A stretch of DNA of 35,953 bases. Origin: Thiotrichaceae bacterium UBA7359. GTDB taxonomy: Bacteria > Pseudomonadota > Gammaproteobacteria > Eutrophobiales > Eutrophobiaceae. The notes beneath the pieces are model-generated. The model was not told where the DNA came from, made no database searches, and saw only the letters and a list, made by a program, of their open reading frames with translations. This document shows positions 7,942 to 17,686 of the stretch, in pieces (positions within the stretch are counted from its first letter, which is position 1; every line of letters starts with the position of its first letter). A program made the position numbers and the translations under genes. The stretch is taken from positions 1 to 35,953 of the forward strand of contig CAJJDJ010000101.1 of NCBI GenBank assembly GCA_905182825.1, in the 5' to 3' direction.

Positions 7942-10038
7942 CTAAACATTACTATAAGAGAGGCTTTTTCCTAGCCAACGATAGATTAATAATTTTACCT
8001 TGTCCGGATGATTAATAAGTAATTTTTTTGCAGTGTTTTGAATTTCAGGAAGTAAGTGAGCGTCACGTATCAAGTTAGCAACGCGCATTTCTGGCATACC
8101 TGCCTGTCGAGTGCCTAAAACTTCTCCCGGTCCTCTTAATAAAAGGTCTTTCTCGGCTATAAGAAAACCATCGCTACTAGTACGCATAATTTCAAGTCGT
8201 TGTTTAGCCAAATCACCCAATGGTGACTGATACATTAATACGCAGTCACTTTTGATTTCACCACGGCCAATTCGACCACGTAATTGATGTAGTTGAGACA
8301 GGCCAAAACGTTCAGCATTATCAATAATCATTAAACTAGCATTAGGAACATCAACACCAACCTCAATAACTGTTGTAGCAACTAGCAGCCCAATTTTATT
8401 TTTTTTGAAATCCTGCATTACTGACTCTTTTTCATTTGCTTTCATCCGACCATGTATCAATCCAACTTTTATTAAAGTTAATCTTTCAGTTAGTTTATCT
8501 GCAGTTTCAATTGCTGTTTCACATTGTAGTGTTTCTGATTCTTCGATTAAGGTACATACCCAATAAACCTGTCGACCCTTTGCAGTAATATATTTGATTC
8601 TTTCTATAATATCTTCACGTCTATTATTTGAAATGACACTTGTGTTTATAGCTTTTCTATTGGGTGGAAGTTCATCTATGACAGTATGATCAAGGTCAGC
8701 ATATGCTGTCATAGTTAATGTTCTAGGAATAGGTGTTGCAGTCATGATTAATTGATGAGGATACTTATCATGCTGCTTTCCTTTTTCTAGTAAAGCGAGT
8801 CGTTGGTGGACGCCAAAGCGATGTTGTTCATCAATTACTATTAAGCCTAGTTTTGCAAAACGTGTTGAATCTTGAAATAAAACATGAGTTCCAATAACAA
8901 TGACTGGCATTTGTTTTTTTAATTGTGCTTCAACACTATCCCGTATTGATTGTTTTAATTTTCCAGTTAAAAAAACCACATTAATACCTAAGGGCTCTAA
9001 CCAACTCAAAAAGTTATTGTAGTGTTGACTAGCGAGTAATTCAGTTGGTGCCATTATAGCTACCTGATAACCTGCTTCGATCGCTTGTAATGCGGCTAAT
9101 GCAGCAACAACAGTCTTTCCTGAACCAACATCACCTTGCATTAGCCTCAGCATAGCTACCGTTTTATTTAAATCAGACGCAATAGTTTTATGAGCCTGAA
9201 CTTGAGCATTTGTTAATGTGAAGGGTAAACTTTTCAGGTATTCCGGAACAAACTTCGTGCTTACATTAAAAGCAGGAGAGTGTTCTGTTCGCAATTCATT
9301 ACGTAACTCAAGTAAACTCAATTGCTGAGCTAGCAGCTCTTCAAAAGCGAGACGTTGCTGGGCGGGATGTGTTCCTTCGGTCAGACTTTGTGTATCTGCA
9401 TTAGGTGGTGGACGATGTACATAGTTCAAGGCATCAATCAATGTAGGTAATTTTTTTTTTGCTAATAATTTTTCAGGCAGTAATTCAGCCATATTTTTTT
9501 TGTCATTATTTAGAGTTATCAATGCTTGCTCATTTAATTTACGCATTCGAGTCTGTTGTAAGCCCTCTGTAATAGGATAAACGGCAGTTAATTTTTTTTC
9601 CAAACCATCGTCCTGTACATCTCTAAGCACATGATATTCTGGATGAATCATCTCTAATGAATTTGAACCACGACGAACCTGACCATAACAGCGTATAGAT
9701 AGACCCCGTTGCAACCCTTTTTCTTGTGCCTTTGAAAAAAAGAAGAAACGTAAAGCTATTGTACCGGTACTGTCGCTAATTCGACATAATAATGTACGTC
9801 GTTTCCCATAACGAACCTGAGTTAGCTCAATCTCCCCCTGAATATAGGCATTATAACCAAAACGCAATGTCCCAATAGGAGTGAGTACCGTACGGTCAAT
9901 ATAACGATATGGTAAATGAAATAATAAGTCTTCTATAATATTAATACCGATACGTTCAAGTTTTTCTTGCAAGCGAATTCCTACACCATGTAACACGGTG
10001 ACTGGATCTGAAAGAGAATGCTGTTTATGAATTGTCAA
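7942..10038 (-). CDS. recG: ATP-dependent DNA helicase RecG
   Basis: N-terminal wedge/OB region, SF2 motifs GDVGSGKT, DEQHRFG and QLRGRIGRG, and a typical length of 698 aa. Confidence 0.95.
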   Translation of the reverse strand: MTIHKQHSLSDPVTVLHGVGIRLQEKLERIGINIIEDLLFHLPYRYIDRTVLTPIGTLRFGYNAYIQGEIELTQVRYGKRRTLLCRISDSTGTIALRFFFFSKAQEKGLQRGLSIRCYGQVRRGSNSLEMIHPEYHVLRDVQDDGLEKKLTAVYPITEGLQQTRMRKLNEQALITLNNDKKNMAELLPEKLLAKKKLPTLIDALNYVHRPPPNADTQSLTEGTHPAQQRLAFEELLAQQLSLLELRNELRTEHSPAFNVSTKFVPEYLKSLPFTLTNAQVQAHKTIASDLNKTVAMLRLMQGDVGSGKTVVAALAALQAIEAGYQVAIMAPTELLASQHYNNFLSWLEPLGINVVFLTGKLKQSIRDSVEAQLKKQMPVIVIGTHVLFQDSTRFAKLGLIVIDEQHRFGVHQRLALLEKGKQHDKYPHQLIMTATPIPRTLTMTAYADLDHTVIDELPPNRKAINTSVISNNRREDIIERIKYITAKGRQVYWVCTLIEESETLQCETAIETADKLTERLTLIKVGLIHGRMKANEKESVMQDFKKNKIGLLVATTVIEVGVDVPNASLMIIDNAERFGLSQLHQLRGRIGRGEIKSDCVLMYQSPLGDLAKQRLEIMRTSSDGFLIAEKDLLLRGPGEVLGTRQAGMPEMRVANLIRDAHLLPEIQNTAKKLLINHPDKVKLLIYRWLGKSLSYSNV

Positions 10039-10096
10039 AGCCTTGAAGTTTAGACATATGTTTTTTATGTTTACAAACGTACCTTTTTTATTTTGT

Positions 10097-10477
10097 CTAG
10101 AGAGTCATTATTGCATCCATTTCAACCAATGCATTCTTTGGCAAACTGGCAACACCTATGGCAGCACGTGCAGGATAGGGCTCAAAAAAATATTCACTCA
10201 TTATTTCATTAATTAAAGGAAAGTGTTTTAAGTCAGTAAGAAATATATTTAATTTGCTGATATCTGCTAATGAGCCACCAGCTTCATTAGCAATAGCAGC
10301 CAAATTATCAAATACACGTATAATTTGTGCTGACATATCACCTTCTATAAGCTTCATGGTTTCCGGATTCAAGGGGATTTGTCCAGAAAGGTAGACTGTA
10401 TTTCCAACCTTGACTGCTTGTGAATAGGTACCTATCGCTTGCGGTGCGTTTTTAGTAGATATTATTTCTCGTTGCAT
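10097..10477 (-). CDS. ridA: RidA family reactive-enamine/imine deaminase (YjgF/TdcF)
   Basis: 126 aa with typical [29 protein letters not shown] and VEMDAI signatures. Confidence 0.9.
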   Translation of the reverse strand: MQREIISTKNAPQAIGTYSQAVKVGNTVYLSGQIPLNPETMKLIEGDMSAQIIRVFDNLAAIANEAGGSLADISKLNIFLTDLKHFPLINEIMSEYFFEPYPARAAIGVASLPKNALVEMDAIMTL

Positions 10478-10506
10478 TATTGCCTCCTTAATATTTTATA
10501 TTTTCT

Positions 10507-12654
10507 TTAAACACGAGTAATTTGTGAAACACTTTTTATCGATCGTATTTTTCTTATGACATTAGCTAAATGAATCCTATCTTTTACGTCGATAGTAAAT
10601 TTTTGATAAGCATAGCGGTCATCACGTTCCATCATTTCTACCTTTTCAATATTTGCACCTGCATCAGCAATAGTTGCGGCTACATTCGCTAACACACCAC
10701 GTTGGTTACTAGAGTTTAAACGAATCATAACTTGAAACTCACGTTCTATATCAGCTTCCCATTCAACCTGAATCCATTTTTCTTGATGGTTTCTATACTC
10801 AGCAATATTTTTACAAGTTTGTCTATGAATAACAATACCGCGTCCTGACGTAACAAAACCATGAATTGGGTCGCCTGGTATCGGATAGCAACATTTTGGA
10901 AAACTTATCACTAGCCCCTCAGTACCCTTTATTGATAAGGGATTAGTTTTGTCTGAAATGATATATTTATTTTCTAGTAAAGTTAATTTTTCAATCGCGA
11001 CGACTTGTCTGGCAAATAACGGGGCCATCTTGTTACCTAGCCCTATTTCTTGAAAAAGAGAGTCAACATCTTCCAGATGATTTTCAGATAACAAAAGAAT
11101 CATGTCAGTTTCACTGATATCTTGGTAAGTTATGCCGAACGGTTCTAACTCTCGATTTAATAGGCGTTTGCCTAATGCAATAGCTTCATCATTCTGAAGA
11201 TTTTTTAGAAAATGTCTGATTTGTGTTCGAGCTTTTACCGTCGCCACAAAATTTAACCAAGCTGGATTTGGTCGTCCACTCTTTGCGGTGATTATGTCAA
11301 CCGTTTTTCCACTAGTTAACTGTGTTCCAAGAGGCACTAACTTTCTGTTTATTCTAGCACCGACGCAACGATTTCCGATATCGCTATGTATTGCGTATGC
11401 AAAATCTACTGCGGTTGATCCGCTAGGCATCTCCATGATCTTACCTTTCGGAGTGAAGACATAAACCTCATCAGGAAATAAATCTATTTTTACATTTTCA
11501 AAAAACTCTTCCGGATTACCAGCCGTTTTATTCATCTCAACAATATTTCGTAGCCATTCTCTCGCACGACGATGAACATTACTTCGATCATTATCGACCC
11601 GAATATTTTTTTTAGATTTACCTTCAGCCTTATACAACCAATGTGCAGCAATGCCAACTTCAGCAACATTATTCATATCTTTCGAGCGAATTTGGATCTC
11701 AATTGGGACACCATAAGGGCCAAACAAAACAGTATGTAATGACTGATATCCATTGGTTTTCGGAATGGCTATATAGTCTTTAAATTTACCTGGAACAGGC
11801 TTATATAAATTATGTACGGCACCCAATGTGCGGTAGCAGTTATCGACGGTATCAACGATTAAGCGAAAGGCATAAACATCAAAAATATCAGAGAAGGATA
11901 AATGCTGTTCCCGCATCTTCAGATAGATTCCATAAAGGTGTTTTTCTCGACCTAAGATTTGTCCTGGGAGTTTTTCCTGTCGCATACGGCGTTTCAATGC
12001 TGTTCGAATTTTAGTGATGATTTCTTTACGATGCCCGCGAGCTTTGTAAATTTGTTCATCAAGAATTCTATAGCGCATCGGATACATGGCTGTAAAACCT
12101 AGTTCTTCTAATTCTAAGCGAATTGAATTAAGACCAAGTCTTAATGCTATAGGCGCATAAATATCAAGTGTTTCCCGAGCAATACGGCGTCGTTTTTCTG
12201 GTTTTAAAGCTTCAAGAGTACGCATGTTATGCAAGCGATCAGCGAGTTTAACGAGAATTACTCTTATGTCATTACTCATGGCCATTAACATTTTACGAAA
12301 GTTATTTGCCTGAGCTTCAGCAGTGCTTTCAAATTTAATCTTATCTAGCTTACTGACTCCATTAACTATTTCAGTAACACCTTTACCAAATTTTCGTTTT
12401 AGTTGAGCTCCAGCGGTAGGAGTATCTTCAATTACATCATGCAAAATAGCTGCCATGATGGTCTGATGATCCATATGCATCTCGCCGAGGATTCGAGCAA
12501 CTTCTAGAGGATGGTTAATATAGGGTTCACCACTAACTCGTTTTTGGCCTTCATGTGCTTTAGCACTAAAATAATAGGCGCGTTGTACTTTAAAAACCTG
12601 ATCTGATTGTAGATAGGTGCCTATGAGCTTGCTGAGGTCGTTAATTGTATACAC
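10507..12654 (-). CDS. spoT: Bifunctional (p)ppGpp synthetase/hydrolase SpoT
   Basis: HD hydrolase motif (HPLEV...HDVIEDT), RelA/SpoT synthetase domain, and TGS and ACT C-terminal domains. The track ORF starts at a TTG at 12717. I prefer the in-frame GTG at 12654 because MYTINDLSKLIGTYL aligns with E. coli SpoT MYLFESLNQLIQTYL, and because the TTG abuts a strong hairpin. The start remains uncertain. Confidence 0.9.
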   Translation of the reverse strand: MYTINDLSKLIGTYLQSDQVFKVQRAYYFSAKAHEGQKRVSGEPYINHPLEVARILGEMHMDHQTIMAAILHDVIEDTPTAGAQLKRKFGKGVTEIVNGVSKLDKIKFESTAEAQANNFRKMLMAMSNDIRVILVKLADRLHNMRTLEALKPEKRRRIARETLDIYAPIALRLGLNSIRLELEELGFTAMYPMRYRILDEQIYKARGHRKEIITKIRTALKRRMRQEKLPGQILGREKHLYGIYLKMREQHLSFSDIFDVYAFRLIVDTVDNCYRTLGAVHNLYKPVPGKFKDYIAIPKTNGYQSLHTVLFGPYGVPIEIQIRSKDMNNVAEVGIAAHWLYKAEGKSKKNIRVDNDRSNVHRRAREWLRNIVEMNKTAGNPEEFFENVKIDLFPDEVYVFTPKGKIMEMPSGSTAVDFAYAIHSDIGNRCVGARINRKLVPLGTQLTSGKTVDIITAKSGRPNPAWLNFVATVKARTQIRHFLKNLQNDEAIALGKRLLNRELEPFGITYQDISETDMILLLSENHLEDVDSLFQEIGLGNKMAPLFARQVVAIEKLTLLENKYIISDKTNPLSIKGTEGLVISFPKCCYPIPGDPIHGFVTSGRGIVIHRQTCKNIAEYRNHQEKWIQVEWEADIEREFQVMIRLNSSNQRGVLANVAATIADAGANIEKVEMMERDDRYAYQKFTIDVKDRIHLANVIRKIRSIKSVSQITRV

Positions 12655-12719
12655 GGTTATATTTAACAGTGATGTATAGTCAAATGTACGGGTTACGTTC
12701 GGAACTGCACGATACAATA

Positions 12720-12748
12720 ACAGAAAGGCGCATGCTGCGCCTTTCTGT
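12720..12748 (-). terminator. GC-rich hairpin (12-bp perfect stem, 5-nt loop) between rpoZ and spoT; a partial terminator/attenuator or RNA-stability element
   Basis: acagaaaggcgc-atgct-gcgcctttctgt read directly. On the minus strand it is followed by TTATTGTAT, only a weak U-tract. Confidence 0.5.
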
Positions 12749-12766
12749 TTGAAAAATTGTCAGAGA

Positions 12767-13027
12767 TTAATTTGCAGAAGGAATATTGAAATCGGATTCA
12801 GTGAATTCATCTTCTGTTTCAAATTTGTTGATTGTGTCAATATTACCATTATTGACCAAATTTTCAGCTATTTCACGTAAGGCAATTACGGTAGGTTTAT
12901 CATTCTCAGCAGGAACCAAAGGATCTGCTCCCATTGCAATCTGACGCGCTCGTTTGCTTGCTAATAAAACCAGATCGTAGCGATTTACAACATTTTCTAG
13001 GCAGTCTTCAACGGTTAATCTAGCCAT
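12767..13027 (-). CDS. rpoZ: DNA-directed RNA polymerase subunit omega
   Basis: [10 protein letters not shown]...[16 protein letters not shown] is the canonical RpoZ N-terminus. gmk-rpoZ-spoT synteny. Confidence 0.95.
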   Translation of the reverse strand: MARLTVEDCLENVVNRYDLVLLASKRARQIAMGADPLVPAENDKPTVIALREIAENLVNNGNIDTINKFETEDEFTESDFNIPSAN

Positions 13028-13114
13028 CTAGTTCCTCTTCTTTTTTATATTGGACTTCAAGTTCTTTTGGGTAAAAGAATAGTCAATTTGATATTTCAGT
13101 ATATTCTACTGAAT

Positions 13115-13744
13115 TCAATCCTTTTGTGCCACGATTTGACTGATAAAATCATCATAAAAAGACGATTGACGGCAAGCACCCAAATTGGTTGTAGTAATAA
13201 TTGCCTTGATTTCTTTCAAGGCGGACTTAAAGTCATCGTTTATAACTACGTAATCAAAGTCTCTATAATGAGAAATTTCTTCACATGCGGCATCCATCCT
13301 CTGTTCGATTGTTTCTAGGTCATCCTTTTGACGTGAAATCAACCTAGTCCGGAGCGTTTTATAGCTCGGTGGTAATACAAAGATACTAACGCTATCGCGC
13401 AACTGTGACTTTATTTGTAGCGCGCCTTGCCAATCTATTTCAAGGATGAAGTTTCTACCAGTAAACATTTTTTGTTCTACCCAGTCTTTTGAGGTGCCAT
13501 AGTAATTACCAAAGACTTTGGCATATTCAAGAAAGTAATCTCTTTTAATAAGCTCTTTGAATTCATTTTTATTTATAAAGTGATATTCTTCACCATCGTT
13601 TTCATCCGCCCTGGCTTGACGTGTAGTATATGAAATTGAGACATCAATATTATTATCTTCTGTGGTTAGAGATTTTATGAGTGATGTTTTGCCTGCTCCA
13701 GAAGGTGCAGCAATAATAAATAATGTGCCGTTTTTAGTTTTCAT
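13115..13744 (-). CDS. gmk: Guanylate kinase
   Basis: P-loop APSGAGKTS, the TTR and YHF motifs of guanylate kinases, and 209 aa. Confidence 0.93.
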   Translation of the reverse strand: MKTKNGTLFIIAAPSGAGKTSLIKSLTTEDNNIDVSISYTTRQARADENDGEEYHFINKNEFKELIKRDYFLEYAKVFGNYYGTSKDWVEQKMFTGRNFILEIDWQGALQIKSQLRDSVSIFVLPPSYKTLRTRLISRQKDDLETIEQRMDAACEEISHYRDFDYVVINDDFKSALKEIKAIITTTNLGACRQSSFYDDFISQIVAQKD

Positions 13745-13754
13745 AAGAATATAA

Positions 13755-14621
13755 CTATTCTATATTCTGAATTTGTTCACGCATTTGTTCGATCAAGACC
13801 TTTAAATTGACCGATGCATTAGTGGTGTCTAGATGTATAGATTTTGATCCTAGTGTGTTCGATTCACGATTCATTTCTTGCATAAGAAAATCTAGACGTC
13901 GGCCGACAGGACCATCTTGATCGAGCACTCGTTGTACTTCATCAATATGTGCATCTAATCGATCCATTTCTTCTGCCACATCCATCTTTTGTGATAATAA
14001 CAATAGTTCTTGCTCAAATCGGTCATTTTCAAACTCAGAGCTCAATTCCTGTACACGTAGAGTCAATTTTTTACGAATACCATCAAGAATAGTTGGTATT
14101 TGTTCGCGAACACATGCAATTATATTTTTAGCAGCTTTGCTACGTTCCATGATCATCGTCCTGATCTTATCACCTTCGCGTTGGCGAGTATCAATAACAG
14201 CAACGAGAGTTTGATGGACTAATTTAAATAATGGTTTACTTATCGCTTCGGGATCGGGAATATCCCTATCGAGAACACCTGGCCAGCGAAGTAATTCAAG
14301 AGAGTTGATTGGTGCAGATGATGTCAATTGTGTATCTATTTTCTTTGCAGTTTCTAAAACCTTTGTCAGTAGTTCCTCATTTACAGGTAGTGTCCCCTTG
14401 AAGTTCTCATTTTGTTGATAGCGAATATTGCAATCAATTTTTCCGCGTTTTAATTGTTTTGATAATAGATCACGAATAGCTTGCTCAAGTAGACGCAACT
14501 CTTCTGGGAGTCGGATCGACATCTCCAGATAACGATGATTTACACTCCTTATTTCGCAAGAAGCTTCACCCCATTCCTCAGAATGTTCAGCTCTACCATA
14601 CGAGGTCATACTTTTTATCAT
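13755..14621 (-). CDS. yicC: YicC/YloC family endoribonuclease (stress-induced protein)
   Basis: MIKSMTSYGR...SVNHRYLE matches the YicC N-terminus (E. coli MIRSMTAYAR...SVNQRYLE), with a DUF1732-type C-terminus (REMNRESNTLGSKS). I chose the ATG at 14621 over the upstream TTG at 14624. Confidence 0.88.
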   Translation of the reverse strand: MIKSMTSYGRAEHSEEWGEASCEIRSVNHRYLEMSIRLPEELRLLEQAIRDLLSKQLKRGKIDCNIRYQQNENFKGTLPVNEELLTKVLETAKKIDTQLTSSAPINSLELLRWPGVLDRDIPDPEAISKPLFKLVHQTLVAVIDTRQREGDKIRTMIMERSKAAKNIIACVREQIPTILDGIRKKLTLRVQELSSEFENDRFEQELLLLSQKMDVAEEMDRLDAHIDEVQRVLDQDGPVGRRLDFLMQEMNRESNTLGSKSIHLDTTNASVNLKVLIEQMREQIQNIE

Positions 14622-14735
14622 CAAATTACCCTTTTCATTTTAATTATTTGTTAATAGTAACGTTTCAGCAGTATATCGGAAATACGCAGAAAGAAATTGT
14701 AGTTATAATGCAGTATTTTTTTATAGGAGACTAAT

Positions 14736-15452
14736 ATGCGCCCAAGCGGACGTTCAAACGATCAACTCAGACCAGTCACAATAACAAGGAATTTCACTTG
14801 TCATGCTGAAGGATCGGTATTGATAGAATTTGGAAATACAAAAGTTATTTGTAATGCTAGTTTTGATTCCGGGGTTCCTGGATTTTTACGTGGCAAAGGC
14901 CAGGGTTGGGTAACTGGTGAATATGGTATGTTACCGCGCTCAACAGGTTCACGTATGCGACGTGAAGCTTCTCAGAATAAACAGGGCGGGCGGACGATGG
15001 AGATTCAGCGAATGATAGGCCGGTCGCTACGTAGTGTAGTTAACATGGGTGCTCTCGGTGAAAATACTATTGTTGTTGATTGTGACGTTATTCAGGCCGA
15101 TGGAGGAACTCGTACTGCATCCATAACGGGTGGTTTCGTCGCCTTGATCGATGCTGTTAATAAAGCTAGAGCAGATGGTTTGCTCGAAACTGATCCGATT
15201 AAATCAATGATTGCCTCAGTCTCCGTGGGTATACACAATGGTGAGCCTGTATTGGATCTGGATTATGCTGAAGATTCTACAGCAGAGACGGATATGAATG
15301 TGGTGATGAATGATAAAAATCATTTCATAGAAGTGCAGGGTACGGCAGAAGGACATCCATTCACACCTGATGAGTTAAATAGCATGTTGGCACTTGCTCA
15401 AAAAGGGATTGGTGAGTTGTTTGAATTTCAACGTAATACTTTAAAGCAATAA
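14736..15452 (+). CDS. rph: Ribonuclease PH
   Basis: MRPSGR...LRPV N-terminus, the [10 protein letters not shown] phosphate-binding motif, 238 aa, and a divergent arrangement with yicC as in E. coli. Confidence 0.95.
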   Translation: MRPSGRSNDQLRPVTITRNFTCHAEGSVLIEFGNTKVICNASFDSGVPGFLRGKGQGWVTGEYGMLPRSTGSRMRREASQNKQGGRTMEIQRMIGRSLRSVVNMGALGENTIVVDCDVIQADGGTRTASITGGFVALIDAVNKARADGLLETDPIKSMIASVSVGIHNGEPVLDLDYAEDSTAETDMNVVMNDKNHFIEVQGTAEGHPFTPDELNSMLALAQKGIGELFEFQRNTLKQ

Positions 15453-15470
15453 TTATTGAGGAAAGTGATT

Positions 15471-16070
15471 TTGGAAAATAAAAAGATAGTGCTCGCGAGT
15501 AATAATCCGGGTAAGGTCAAAGAAATAAATGAATTACTGGTGGATACAGTTTTTCATATACTTCCACAATCTGAATTTAATGTTATTGAAGCAGAAGAGA
15601 CCGGCTTAACTTTTGTCGAGAACGCAATAATTAAGGCACGTAATGCTGCTCGTTATACTAATCATCCAGTAATTGCCGATGATTCGGGAATAGAAGTCAT
15701 TGGCTTAAAAGGACGACCAGGAATCTATTCCGCACGTTATGCGGGTATCGATGCTAGTGATGAAGATAACCGTAATAAACTTATCGAAGATATAAAACCA
15801 TTGCACAAAAAAGATCGTAATGCGCGTTTCGTATGTTCAATGGTTTTTCTTAGACATGCAGAAGATCCAACGCCATTTATCTCTCAGGGAATTTGGGATG
15901 GTGTTGTTATAATGACACCACATGGCCAAAATGGTTTTGGATATGATCCTATCTTTTATGTGCCAACAGATAACTGTACTTCAGCTGAACTATCACCAGA
16001 GATAAAAAATAAACTAAGTCATCGAGGACAAGCACTAATGAATTTAATAAAACAGATCAGCGAAATGTAA
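15471..16070 (+). CDS. rdgB: Non-canonical purine NTP pyrophosphatase (RdgB/HAM1)
   Basis: IVLASNNPGKVKE, ETGLTFVENA, ADDSGI, FGYDPIF and SHRGQA motifs. I prefer the TTG at 15471, which lies 8 nt after GAGGA. The ORF is open from a TTG at 15456. Confidence 0.9.
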   Translation: MENKKIVLASNNPGKVKEINELLVDTVFHILPQSEFNVIEAEETGLTFVENAIIKARNAARYTNHPVIADDSGIEVIGLKGRPGIYSARYAGIDASDEDNRNKLIEDIKPLHKKDRNARFVCSMVFLRHAEDPTPFISQGIWDGVVIMTPHGQNGFGYDPIFYVPTDNCTSAELSPEIKNKLSHRGQALMNLIKQISEM

Positions 16071-16159
16071 AATTTAGCTGGTAACGTTCATTACACAAAG
16101 TTTATATTAATCTAGCCTTTATATAGATGAGAGTAGCATTGATTCCATGGATATAAGAA

Positions 16160-17326
16160 ATGAAGCTTTTAACTTTTCATGAAAACCCACCGTTGTCGCT
16201 CTATATTCACTTACCCTGGTGTGTAAAGAAATGTCCTTATTGTGATTTTAATTCACATGAGTTTTCTCCTTTAGGTTTTGAAGAAGAAGTTTATATAGAA
16301 GCACTAATACGAGATCTTGATTACGAATTACCCCGAATTTGGGGACGAACAGTTAATACAGTTTTTATTGGAGGAGGGACTCCTAGCTTATTTTCACCAG
16401 AAGCATTGGATAAGTTAATTAGTGCGATACGTGCAAGATTAAACATACATCCAGCAATAGAAATAACACTGGAGGCAAATCCAAGTACTGCAGAAGCAAA
16501 AAAATTTCGTTGTTTCAGAGAGATAGGAATAAACCGTTTATCTCTTGGTGTACAAAGCTTTAATGACAAACAATTAAAAAGATTAGGACGTAGTCATGAT
16601 GCATCACAGGCGCACCTTGCGATTGAAATAGCAAAAGAAGCTGGCTTTGAAAATTTTAATATTGATTTAATGTTTGGATTGCCTGAACAATCGATTAATG
16701 ATGCATTGAATGATCTTGGTAAAGCATTAAGTTACGCACCTAAACATATATCCTGGTATCAATTAACTATAGAGCCTAATACGATTTTTAATTCAAGGCC
16801 ACCGACTTTACCTAACGATGATGATATCTGGTCTATGGAAGAAGAGGGACAGACTTTTCTTGAGGCAAAGGGATTCAAGAAATATGAGATATCGGCTTAT
16901 GCTAAAGATAAGTATTTAGCATTACATAACCTTAATTATTGGGAGTTTGGTGATTATCTAGGTATTGGAGCAGGCGCTCATGGCAAAATTACAAATGTGG
17001 CTGAAATGAAGATAGAAAGGTATATACGCCATAAGATACCCAAACGTTATATTGATTTAGCTGGTACGGATGCGGTTATAACAGAGACAAGAGTATTAAA
17101 ACAAGATGAATTACCGCTTGAGTTTTTAATGAATGCTTTTCGATTGATTGAAGGAGTCTCGACTCGTCTATTCTCTGACCGGACTGGTTTGCTTTTAAAA
17201 AATTCTGAGAAAGAATTACTAATAGCTGAAGAGCTTGGTCTGATTGAATGGCAGTTTGATGAATTGAAAGCTTCCTCAAAAGGTCTACGCTATTTAAATG
17301 AATTACTTGAAATATTTGTCAAATAA
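16160..17326 (+). CDS. hemW: Radical SAM family heme chaperone HemW (coproporphyrinogen III oxidase-like)
   Basis: Radical-SAM cluster motif PWCVKKCPYCDF, the GGGTPS motif, a HemN_C-like tail, and rdgB-hemW synteny. Confidence 0.9.
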   Translation: MKLLTFHENPPLSLYIHLPWCVKKCPYCDFNSHEFSPLGFEEEVYIEALIRDLDYELPRIWGRTVNTVFIGGGTPSLFSPEALDKLISAIRARLNIHPAIEITLEANPSTAEAKKFRCFREIGINRLSLGVQSFNDKQLKRLGRSHDASQAHLAIEIAKEAGFENFNIDLMFGLPEQSINDALNDLGKALSYAPKHISWYQLTIEPNTIFNSRPPTLPNDDDIWSMEEEGQTFLEAKGFKKYEISAYAKDKYLALHNLNYWEFGDYLGIGAGAHGKITNVAEMKIERYIRHKIPKRYIDLAGTDAVITETRVLKQDELPLEFLMNAFRLIEGVSTRLFSDRTGLLLKNSEKELLIAEELGLIEWQFDELKASSKGLRYLNELLEIFVK

Positions 17327-17402
17327 TCACGAAAAATAAGACTACATTTTATCGATTTCTGATCAGGAAAAACATGGTATTTTCATATCAAATCTAAGCA
17401 CA

Positions 17403-17417
17403 TGATAAATATTATCA
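17403..17417. promoter_or_regulatory. Candidate Fur box (7-1-7 inverted repeat TGATAAA-T-ATTATCA)
   Basis: Matches the tGATAATnATTATCa Fur consensus at 14 of 15 positions. It lies 20 nt upstream of the GIY-YIG ATG, in the only plausible promoter region for the GIY-YIG/ABC-exporter pair. Confidence 0.45.
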
Positions 17418-17436
17418 TTAAGATATTTTTTTAAGA

Positions 17437-17682
17437 ATGGACTGGATAGTCTATATTTTACGTTGTTCTGATAACTCACTTTACACGGGTATAACCCGTG
17501 ATTTAAGACGACGATTAAACGAACATAATCACAGTAATCGTCTGGCAGCTGCGTATACTCGTGCCCGAAGACCAGTATCATTGGTCTACCAAGAAGCTTA
17601 TCTTGATCGTTCATCAGCGAGTATACGTGAGGCGATAATTAAAAAAATGACAAAGAAAGAAAAGGAGCAGTTAGTTAAATAA
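17437..17682 (+). CDS. GIY-YIG nuclease superfamily protein (UPF0213/YhbQ-like)
   Basis: VYILRCSDNSLYTGITRDLRRRLNEHN carries the GIY-x(10)-YTG and R...E/N signature. 81 aa. Confidence 0.8.
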   Translation: MDWIVYILRCSDNSLYTGITRDLRRRLNEHNHSNRLAAAYTRARRPVSLVYQEAYLDRSSASIREAIIKKMTKKEKEQLVK

Positions 17683-17686
17683 CTAT

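Noticed and set aside
17363-17614. 83-aa minus-strand ORF overlapping the GIY-YIG gene
   Set aside because: The plus-strand ORF carries the GIY-YIG signature and the minus-strand product has no recognisable features. Both cannot plausibly be real, and the operon context favours the plus strand.
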